From NCBI GenBank assembly GCA_038496445.1, contig JALMLS010000536.1, positions 1-64,000 of the forward strand: a stretch of DNA of 64,000 nt, written 5' to 3'. The position numbers were made by a program, and so were the translations under genes. Shown piece by piece: positions 51,105-61,267 of the stretch (position 1 is its first letter; each line of letters opens with the position of its first letter). The notes under the pieces were generated by a model. That model searched no databases. It worked only from the letters and a program-made list of their open reading frames with translations, and was not told the DNA's origin. Source of the stretch: Trichosphaerium sp. ATCC 40318. Taxonomy: Eukaryota; Protista; Tubulinea.

Positions 51105-52162
51105 ATGATGGCTGAATCGAATAGAAACACAATAAATCCATTAATATCAGACGATGAGAGTTCAAGCGGTACACTTTAGCCCAAACAGACTTTTAAATAC
51201 CCTTTTTGTTTATGATGTATGCTCTAACTCTGTAATACTAACAATACGTTGTAAACGTCAGATTTTGAACTGGAGGATTGGTCTTGGCCTAATAACACTC
51301 AAGATATGATGGAGTACATAGAAGCGGAAGCGTCTTTGTTTAGTAATACTGGTCCACCGAGTGGTGATTCGATAATTGACGAGAACGCAATTCTAGAACT
51401 GGATGAAGACCCTGTAGCTGGTAGAAAGCGAAGGGGACGTACTGCAGATAGAACGACGGAACAATTTCTTGAATACAACCCAAGGCGCTTACATATTGCT
51501 ACAACCAACCCCGAGGTATGGCACGTGCGTAAAAAAGGAAAATTACGGAAGCACGTGAAATGTAACTTAAAAAAATCGCTTGGCTGATCTTTCGTTGGTG
51601 TTAACGGTTTTAGGTTACTAGATTAGGTGGAGAGTTAACAGGGATATCAATACCAAGGACAATACTAAAGAAACATCCTAACAAGTTTACAGTACGCGTT
51701 AGCATAGGAGATATTCATCAGGACACTAAATTTTCTTTAAGGTTTATGTTATAGAAATATCTAGAGTTAACTCTGATAATAACTACATCATAGAACGTCG
51801 CTATAAACAGTTTTTGCACTTCTACCAGGAGGTACTCAAACAAATTTAGTCCGATAGTCACTTGTATACTTTTAGATCTCTAAACAGCCGATTTCTTTAC
51901 CTAAGTTCCCTGGTAAGAAAGTTACAAAACGTTTTTCAAAGGTATGTCGCTTATAAATGGTATTTATCACGTGACCATTTTTAGTCAACAATAGCGAAAA
52001 GACGGTATATTCTTGAATATTTTTTAAAGACAGTTGCTACCTATGAACCGCTTACTGGAGCATTAGAGTCATTCCTAAATCCACGAAGAGGTTCTGTTTT
52101 CTAACAAACCTTTTTAATCTTACGCTTTTATTTCAGGTCACACGTCCTTTATACCATATTAG
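51105..52162 (+). CDS. PX (phox homology) domain protein
   Basis: KFTVYVIEI..YIIERRYKQFLHFYQEI..LPKFPGKK..TIAKRRYILEYFLK..LESFL; stop TAG at 52160-52162. Confidence 0.85.
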
Positions 52163-52467
52163 TCCTTAGTATGTATATCCCTTATTTTTATAAGCAACTT
52201 GTACACTTAAATAGACGCATGTAGCAATCGTCAACGATGTAAAAACTAAAAACAACAGATTTTTTGAAAAATGTTCAACAACAAATAGAAGCTATAGCCA
52301 GCGAGTTCAGGTTTGACATCGAGGGCTATTGAACATACTGGTTTTATCCTTGGTTTTAGTATTCATTGTACAAATGTATTAGGCACTGATTCGCGAAAAT
52401 AGTTTCAGAAAACTCGCAAAATTATGCTAAGCAAGTCAAGTACTTATTGATCTGTGTACCATCGTAA

Positions 52468-55400
52468 ATGTCAGACAAGAGAGCATATCTCACCTTGACA
52501 GATTTATCTGTCGATGGCGTAGATAATGACGATGATATCATCGTTCGTGAATTGCCTGGAGCAGATATTGGCATACAAGCTCCAGAGGGGAGTAATGTTC
52601 GTCGTAGGAACTTCAAAAGGCGACATTCGACTGGTTCAGGGGTAGTAGGCGCAAATGGAGGCACAAACGATATTACGCATAGTGTAGACCCTGTAGACAA
52701 AAAGAAAGACGAGTTAAATTACATGTTTGGTGTAGCGAAATGGGGTCAGCCTTTGACGCGAAGAAATGACATCAAAGAGGATTCAGACTTTGTTATGGTT
52801 GAAGGAGGGCAAAAGAAACAAGGTAAGCGAAGTTACAAAGGAAAATTCCGCAAACTTGTTGATATGTCACAAAACAATAATAATACGTTGAAAATACGCG
52901 TCAGAAGACATTTAAAACAAATTGGAAATTTCTTTTCGCTAAAACTCTACAATAACGTAAAAATATCAAAATAACCAATACGACTGCTTAGCAAGATGTA
53001 ATCCGTACTGTAACGTTGGTAATATTACGTGGGTGATATTTTTCGGATGGTGGCTTTCTCTATTGTATTTAATTCAAGGTACTAGCGGTAAACGCATGTA
53101 TACACAACAAACAAGGTGTTTAGGCGTTTTCATGATGATGACAGTTATCGGTCTTCCTTACGCGTTTACTGCTTGGAAAACCGCCTTCTACATACTATGG
53201 CCGTTTGGAAAGTATCTAGTCAAAACGGTACGTGCGAGTTTACCCGCAAAAAGCGCAAATGTTCGCGAAATTGTTTTTTTTTTAGCGCCTGACTTTTTGT
53301 TTGTACTTGAAGACTACAGAAGATTACGAGCATGTATCGTTACTTCCTCGTAAGCGTATGGAAAATAGTAGCGTATTTACGAGACGATTTACGTTAGGTA
53401 TTTGGTGGGTATTGTACAGTACGTAGTGATTAATAGAGCAGTTTGAGCTCTTGAAGATTTTTTTTTAGAGTTTTTGTTGGAAAATATCACGTGATTTGTC
53501 AAGACAATTTGTAGTTGATTTCTGATCTTTTTAGGTATAATCCTAGCGCCTGCACACCTTTTCGTAGCGTTTGTAAGCTTTTTTTTCGTAGTAACTATTC
53601 CGATGGCAAAGGTACAAACCATCAGTTTTTTATTTCCGACAACTAAATTGTATTCTTAGGTTAACAAAGAGCTTCTTGTCCTTATGTACACGAAACCTCT
53701 AGAAATACATATTACACCTAATTACCCTGGCGCTGGTGCACATGTAGAGCTATGTACTCACCAGGTATCTAATTTCTTTTCAAAACCGGAAAAAAAAGTT
53801 TCTCGCTTTTTTGCGATTTCTGTGATTGGATTTTTAGTCTTATGTTTGTTAATTAGGCTGTCAATCTACATTATTACCGTTACACTTTCGGTGGGGTAAA
53901 TATAATCCTAGTCAGTATCCTAACCGAATAATTTTATATTGGATTACAGTTCTTATCATTCTCCTTAACTTTGTTAAGATATGCTTTTATTTGTAGTCTT
54001 CGCTATTATTGAAGGATGGATTATACCTGAGAAGCATCGACTTGCACCTATTGTAATGTTCGTCATCGATTTACTTTGTATTATACCATTAGCGTTCTAC
54101 ATTGGCATGGGCGTCTCATCGTACGACTTCAGTTTTAGAAACCAATTTAACGAAGTATCACAAGGATTGCAGCACAGAGTAACTATGTAGTGGGTGCTGT
54201 AATGACAGCTAGTTTTAGTAGTATAATAGATTTGATTCTATACTTCAGTGCAATAAAGAAACATGGTGGTGAATTAGCTGACGTTGTTCAAGCTTCAATA
54301 ACAGGTACCTTTGTTTCTTTCTTTTGGTTTCTAGAAATCGACTTACTTTGGCTTTACAGGTTCATTATTGGGTATGTTGCTATTGCTCCCTGGATTATCT
54401 ATGATTGCTGGAAGTATTAAGAGCTTGAATCAACGGTTCAACCCTATTGCAGCTGGCGTTGGATCTGTGCTTCTTATTGTTTCAATTATTGGTAAGTTAT
54501 CTTTTGGGTTTTTTTTTAAATCCATTTGTTTTTTTCCTTACACAATCTGTTTAGGTGCTTTTACACCGACTATATATTACTCTGTTTATGGTACATGGGC
54601 AATACATTGTAATAATTGCACTACTTTACTTACGAATCATACAAACGAAATGTCATGTATAGGTACATAGCACTTTTATTTTTTTTATTGCGTGACTTTC
54701 TTTTGCCTTTGTAAAGCTTTATGCGCCTTTTTCAGTATCTCTTATTACTTTTATAGGATGCATGTATAATCAGTCGCGTTTTGATGAAGACCCTGCATAT
54801 ACTAAAGGCGCTAGGTATGTTGAAGAGTGAAAAATTGCTTCACAAAAGTGACATGATCACGGCTATTCTTTCAATCGTATTTTTTTTTGTTGCACAACTT
54901 TTGTCTTAATGTTGTGTATAGACCTTTGATGTACATAAGCGCCGGGGTACTACCTATCATGTATATTGTTGGATTACTTTTCACATTCAAGACACATGCC
55001 AAGGAGTACTTGTTGGTACGAGACGATGAAGAAGATGGTTCGTTTACTTTTTTATTGAAAAATCTTCGTCTTTATTTAACCGTTTAAAAGAGCATGGTGG
55101 TCACCATGGACCACAATGGAATCGTATAACAAGCGTGATTGTCCTTATTGTAGCAACAGGTACATCAAAACACATGGTGGTTGTATGTGCCTAACGGTTT
55201 TTTTCTTCAAAAGGCCTCTTTGCATTGATTGCTGAGAACCTTGTTGATGCAATCAAACCAACTATTGATGCTCTTGGTATTACACAACAGTTTCTTGGAA
55301 TAACAATTATCGGTATTGTACCGAGTTTCGCTGAGTTCGTAAATGCTATTACTTTTGCCATGCAGGTAAAGAGGAAACATTAAAAAAAAAAGGTGTTTTT

Positions 55401-55909
55401 TTCTCACTTCTTCGTTCCCGTAGGATAACATAGCTCTTTCTTTGGAGATTGGTTCTTCTGCATCAGTACAAATTACATTGATTCAAGTACCCGCGCTTGT
55501 ATTCTTTTCAGCAATTGCAAACCACGGGTACACCATGTGATCTTTTTTTTTTTTGATGGTTTTGTTTTTGAACACTTTTGTTACGTTGACTTTTCTATGC
55601 TTGTGTTAACGCTTTTCTTCTAGTTCCTCCTTTCACTCCTTCACTCTAATTTTCCCCACGCTTAATGTCTTCGCTGTAATATTCGCAGTAATTATTCTTA
55701 ACTACATATCTGTAGATGGTACCACATGTTTCTCTTTTCCTTTTTTTTTTTATTTATTTACAAAATCATTTTGTTTGTAATTTACTTAATTTTTAATAGG
55801 TCGGTCCAACTACTTTCAGGGTTGTGGATTGGTTATGATGTATATAATCCTTGTTGCTGCTTTCTTTTTTGTACCAGACGCTGCTGAAACTGTAGCACCA
55901 GCACATTGA
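52468..55909 (+). CDS. Type II Ca2+/cation:H+ exchanger (CAX, Vnx1-like) with YccF/DUF307 domain
   Basis: GNITWVIFFGWW..TVIGLP..AFYILWPFGK (DUF307); alpha repeats GAVMTASFSSIIDLILY..GSLLGMLLLLPGLSM and PSFAEFVNAITFA..IALSLEIGSSASVQITLIQVP; NYFQG. Confidence 0.9.
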
Positions 55910-56088
55910 TAAATAGCCCAAAAAAAAAAAAGTAAATAAAAAAGTAAAAACTCACAAGCTTTTATTGCACCAATCGTAGGAACAAATTTTACCGTTAACA
56001 AGAAAAAAACTGGTACACGTGATGTACCATGACAACTTGTACGACCTATGCTGCCAAATTTCGAAATGTAGTCCAAAGCATAACTTTA

Positions 56089-56880
56089 TTAATAACTCTC
56101 AAAAAAACTTGGCCAGAAGTGCCTTGATTCTACTTCCTCTACTAGATTTTCAACCATCTCATCTGTTATTAGGGTCAAACTATATTTAATTTGATCAAGG
56201 CTTGTTAAATTAACAATACCATCATCTGTGATTTGTGAGCAGCCTTCGAGATGAAGTTTCTTAACACCAATAAGACTGTTCACTCCTTTGTCACTTATGT
56301 ACCTACAGTGTCTAAGACTTATGAATTTAACACCAACCAAGTATTGTAATCCTTTATCTGTCACAGATGTATTATCAAGCAAAATTGTATGTACTCCAGC
56401 GAGTGCCTTTAAAGTACTGTCATCAACACAAGCATATGAAATATTTATGACTTTTACACCTGCCAATTGTTTTATCCCATCATTTGTTAAAGAGATACAA
56501 CCAAGCAAGTTAATGTGACGTACCAACTAAACATGATAGAGTATCATCTCTTAGTTGTGTACAACCACACATCTCTATACATGGTATACCTGCCAACAGC
56601 TTTAGTGTATCGTTTGATATTTGAGTGCAGTACTCAAGATTAATTTTTTTAATCTTCTTTGTTGTTTGATTTTGTGTCAATAAATACTTTACTCCTTCAT
56701 CAGTAATTTTCTTGCAGTCATTAAAAGATATGAAACTTGCATTTGTTAGTGCTTTTACACTTTTATCAGTAATATTGCATCTGCCAAGCTTTATCTTGTG
56801 TACATTACCTGAAATAGCAATAACACCTTTGTCAGTAATTCTGGGGCAATTGAATAAATTAATAGTGTACTCCAGAAAGC
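56089..56880 (-). pseudogene. F-box-LRR family copy D: 5'-truncated, frameshifted LRR fragment
   Basis: No F-box or start codon; homology begins abruptly at about 56880; 2-nt deletions near 56870 and 56521; shares the FWPSFFESY end and 3' flank with copy C. Confidence 0.9.
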
Positions 56881-57346
56881 ACCCAGCAACAGCTTTTATC
56901 CGTTTCATTTTTTTTCCAAAATTGTAGTACAGCCCTACGGTCTCATTGCACATGTTTTTTTTGTTGAGTATGGAACAGTTACAGATTTATGCCAAACTCT
57001 GGTACAGGAATGTTATTTGCCCCATTTACGCCACGCTCGTAACAAACAGTATGTTGTACATGTCTGACAGGGGTATCAGCTCTGTTGAGAGCGGTTTGCA
57101 TCAGGCCTTTAAACACAACAACTAAATCTGTATTATTGTACCATGGCAACTATACTACATCTATGCTACATCTTTACTTGTAGCTGAAAATCGCCAGACT
57201 GTTTCTTGATGAAGAAAGGTCACCTGAATACAATGTAACATCTGCTTACAACTGGTTTTTTGGTTAAAATCACGTGCACAGTTGTTAGTTCTTCTTTCGT
57301 TTATTTTACAATGCGGTTTTACTAGTCTACTTTGTTTCAATTGATA

Positions 57347-57816
57347 CTAAGGACATCGATTTTGTAAGTCATTAGCATGAATACGGCTCAAGTTAGCATC
57401 ATTACGACATTGCTTCACTTTGTTAAATGCATCTTCAAATGACAAGTTTTTCTTTTGCGTTAGGTAGCTTACAGCGGCTGCTGTAGTCCTTTGCATGCCC
57501 GCACAATGTATGACAACCTTTTTAGCATATCAGTACAACACCATAACGGTTTAGAACGTACTTTTTCGCCTTTTTTTAAAATATCTTCTAAATAAAGATC
57601 AATTTCATCTAAGCAACCTCTAAAATCCCTAGATAGGTATTGTACTATGCCATAGTTCTTTTCATCAAAGCCTTGGTACGTATTTGTACATTGACCATGG
57701 GCCAAGTCCAAAACATGTTTAACGCCAAGTGTATGTAGTTTTTCATTAATATGAGGCGATTCCATGCCAGTACGAGAGCTTAGGTACAAATTAGGTAGTA
57801 GCTCCTTTGCGTCCAT
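57347..57816 (-). CDS. Atypical dual-specificity phosphatase-like protein
   Basis: ELLPNLYLSS..LHTLGVKHVLDL..KGEKVVIHCAGMQRTTAAAVSYLTQKKNLSFEDAFNKVKQCR; one intron. Confidence 0.8.
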
Positions 57817-57964
57817 TCTAGTTATTTTTTTTGTACTAACTGTGACTCACTGTTCAGTTTTCATGATTTTCTAATCATGAATTGTATCTTCCAGACGAAG
57901 AATTTTGGCGAAGTTTCAGCAAACAAAATACAAAAGCTTAAACCAGCTAAGTTTTGCTTGTGTA

Positions 57965-58085
57965 CTTCTACAATTATTTTAACATCCTCAAAGGTTACAA
58001 ATGACGCTTTGAAGACTTTTAGTGTACATACTATAAACTTAAACTACTGAGATTTAATAACAGATGAAGGTATCGAAGTTATTTG
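57965..58085 (+). pseudogene. Degenerate LRR remnant
   Basis: Translates as LTSSKVTNDALKTFSVHTINLNY*DLITDEGIEV, the same repeat type as the F-box-LRR genes, with an in-frame stop. Confidence 0.6.
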
Positions 58086-58298
58086 ACGTGTTGTTGCATG
58101 TTTTCATAAAAAAACTGAATGGCATTAAGAGTTCAAATGTAATTTCTTTGAGAGACAATGAACACTTTTATTTACATTGCTTTCACCTCTCAACAGACTT
58201 AATGACATGCTGAATAGCTAGCTACACAGCTCTTGGATTTTTGTGAGTATCTGTACAAGGTACAACTTACGGAGAGTACAACAAATTTTGATGTATGT

Positions 58299-58826
58299 CT
58301 AACTATTTTCTTTCAGTTTAGCTTCATCCTTTTTTACTTTTTCTCGAAATCTTGCGGCTATTTTCGGTGGAAAAAGGTTAACTGAATCACCACTTTTAAA
58401 ACCATAATCACCAGCAGTGCCTTCAATCATTTCTTTAGCGTTAAAAACCAAACATTGTTCATCAATTGGAATTTTGCCTTTTTCCAGAATAGCTTGTTTA
58501 ATCTGTTCTATCGTATCTGTAGGTTCTATAACATGTCTAAATGGCTTATGCCCAAATGATGAAATGCTATTAGGTAGGATTTTACAGCATAGCTGAATAG
58601 TTGTCTGTTTTTGGATATTGTAATCACAAATTCGTTTATCGTCTTCTAAAACCCTCCCAGCGAATACAAATATTACTATTTCAGCTGGGCATATATCTCT
58701 ATCTTCCAATTGCTGCTTTACGGCTAGAATAGTGTCTTCGGAGCGTACTGTAAGCTTTTTGCACATACCACCCAGGTTCTTTACGTATATGTCGAACTGC
58801 TCGGATTTTGAAGGCGTTTGAGACAT
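58299..58826 (-). CDS. Tandem di-ubiquitin-like protein, intronless
   Basis: IYVKNLGG..LTVRSEDTILAVKQQL..FVFAGRVLEDDKRICDYNIQKQTTIQL and IEPTDTIEQIKQAILEKGKIPIDEQCLVFNAKEM..DYGFKSGDSVNL. Confidence 0.9.
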   Translation of the reverse strand: MSQTPSKSEQFDIYVKNLGGMCKKLTVRSEDTILAVKQQLEDRDICPAEIVIFVFAGRVLEDDKRICDYNIQKQTTIQLCCKILPNSISSFGHKPFRHVIEPTDTIEQIKQAILEKGKIPIDEQCLVFNAKEMIEGTAGDYGFKSGDSVNLFPPKIAARFREKVKKDEAKLKENS

Positions 58827-59207
58827 GTTTAAACGCTTTTGGTATTGTTTAACGTAAGATAAACTATTGTGTACTTATAATGTTGCGAATGGCTTTGATA
58901 TACGCTTACGCGGCGTCGATGATATTAATAGGTTGTAAAAGACGTTAACTTAGACACAATTTCGCGAATTCACTTCTCTGAACCAACACTACTTAAACAA
59001 GCTAATAAGTACTTTTGAACAAAGGTTTAATTCATTGACAACATATGCCGAGCGAAGGGCTCTCGCTCTCGTCCGAGTGGTTGCGCTAAATCAGCGGTAC
59101 AAGTCATTGACAACCCGAAGTACCGTTGGTAATAATTCTAAATCGTAGCTTTGAAGAAAAGTAATTTACATTATTTATTTTTTGGGTTGCGTTTGCGGCT
59201 TTTGGTG

Positions 59208-61097
59208 TCATGTTGTTTGATCAATAATAACATTTTTTACAATGCTGTATAATCGATCTATTGGTTCTCTTAACGTATTTTGTTGATCACGTGTTCCTCT
59301 TTGATAAGCATCAATAATATGATTTAATTTCTCCATTGGATTTTTTTCGTTTAATAAGCGTATTGCTTCTCGTATCTCCTCGTCTATTGGATCACATTGA
59401 ATATATGCCTCAGGGCCTGAAAGGAAATAATTATCATCTTCTCCTGTAATATCAATAACAGCAGCCATTTTTGGACTTGTTGGCACCTACTCAAAAAGTT
59501 AGCAGAACAAATGGAGGAAAAAAAACTTACATCTATGAAAATCCCTTGCTCTTTCAAGTGTGCTATTACTCTCTTTTTAGACCTGAATTTAACTTTGTCT
59601 GGAGAATACCAATATCTATCTGAATTGCCTGCACTCTAAAAAAACCAATATTAATCACCACATGTCCAAAGAGAAAAAGCTCTTTAGAAATTTCTGTAAT
59701 TATTTTAAATACATTTATAGAACGTACTGCTCCGCTCCTCCTTTCAGCGACAGAAGTAGTCCATCCATCAGGTAATAAAGCCATGAATTCCTCTGGAGGT
59801 AGAAAGTAACGCTTTGGCTTCTTCTTTGGACGAGAAATTGAAGTATCATCATAACTTCGCTTTCTTCTTTTTTTCTTTGCTGATGATGTTTTTGTTGTTT
59901 GAGATGATATTCTTCTCTTTGTTGGTGTCGTTGATAATACAGACTTTTTTCTTTTACCTTCAATACTTAGTATATCAGCTAAACCATCATCATCATCGAT
60001 TTCATCATCGTCATTAATGTCAGGATCAAAATCTCCATCCTCACTATCACTTCGTGGAAGGTCTTGTGCCACAGAAATAGAACTGACTCTAGAAGTAGCT
60101 CTTACAATTGTATGTGTATCATTACTGTCAAATACATCTGAAGGCATTTGCAGCTCTGGTCCCTCGTCTATATCTTGTCGTTCATCCGGGGACTCGAGGA
60201 ACATAGAAGATCCTTGTAAACCATCTGTTAAATCAAGTGATGCTGTTCCGTTTGAAACGCGATTGTTTGGTGGCGTATCGGCTGATTTAAAAGCAGCACG
60301 TGTTGGCGATTCTGTCTTTGAGTCAGAATCATAATTTGCAACCAAAGGAGTTTCTATAACGCTCTGTCCTTGATTACTGAAGGGAGGTGGAATATCAGAT
60401 CCTCCAAAACCTGTATTATCAAGCGTAGGGAGTGGCAGCGGTTCAAGCGCTGGCGTTGGTATCAATTGGTTTGATTCTAGCTGTGATCCTAGAATTTAAA
60501 TCAAACACGAACGTTTGTGATTGAGAGAAGTGCACACACCATTAAAAGGAGGTAGCATCGAAGAAGAATGATGTATTCCAGGCATGCTAGGACGGAGTGA
60601 ATAAGGTATATCGCCGTTTTGGTGTTTGGTCTCTTGTGTGTTCGTTGCGTTATTTTCCGCTTGATCCGGTACAGTACGATCTTCTTGTGGTGTTTGTGGT
60701 GCTGGTAGGGTTTTGTTGTCGGCAAAATTGATTTTAAAGATGTCATCTTCTTTTTTGAGTCTACCATCTAGTACGTATTTCTCTAGGTGCTCTCTAAACA
60801 CAATTTGCTCTACAGTAATCTCCCACGTGCTTTTACAGTGCTAAAAGCCGTTAGAATTTAAAAACGGTCTAAATACGCTCTCGTAGTGTTAATACTATAT
60901 TGCTCGTTAAACAAATAGATAGCACCGCTTTCTGATGCGCAATCTAAATAAAAACAAATTATACTGGCTAGTACCTTCCACAACGTTTCTGCACGCGCCG
61001 AAAACCCATTTGCGGCCAGAGAATGAAGGACTAGGCTAAACAGCGAGAAAATACGGTCATCGCTACTGACAACGCCCTTAGAGCCTTGCTTGGCCAT
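59208..61097 (-). CDS. Chromatin protein: N-terminal winged-helix-like domain, low-complexity linker, MBD-like domain
   Basis: LPDGWTTSVAERRSGA/SAGNSDRYWYSPDKVKFRSKKRVIAHL (MBD pattern). N-terminal LVLHSLAANGFSARAETLWK..FREHLEKYVLDGRLKKEDDIFKI is H15/winged-helix-like (weaker call). Confidence 0.7.
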
Positions 61098-61267
61098 TAC
61101 TCGTGTCTACCAAAACCAAGAAAAGGCACTAAATGAGATAACCTTGAACTTACTGGTTTATAGGGCTACGCTTTATTGCCATTGACGTATACCTTGTGGT
61201 TTAGAAGACTTAATTTGACACTAAAGCCATTTCCACAAAACAGTAATCTTCTAGTTACAAAAAGCGC

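Noticed and set aside
51105-55909. PX-CAX fusion gene
   Set aside because: The PX gene has its own stop at 52162, and the exchanger has a separate ATG at 52468.
59068-59110. tRNA gene suggested by GTCCGAGTGGTT
   Set aside because: No T-loop GTTCRA/B-box and no cloverleaf can be built.
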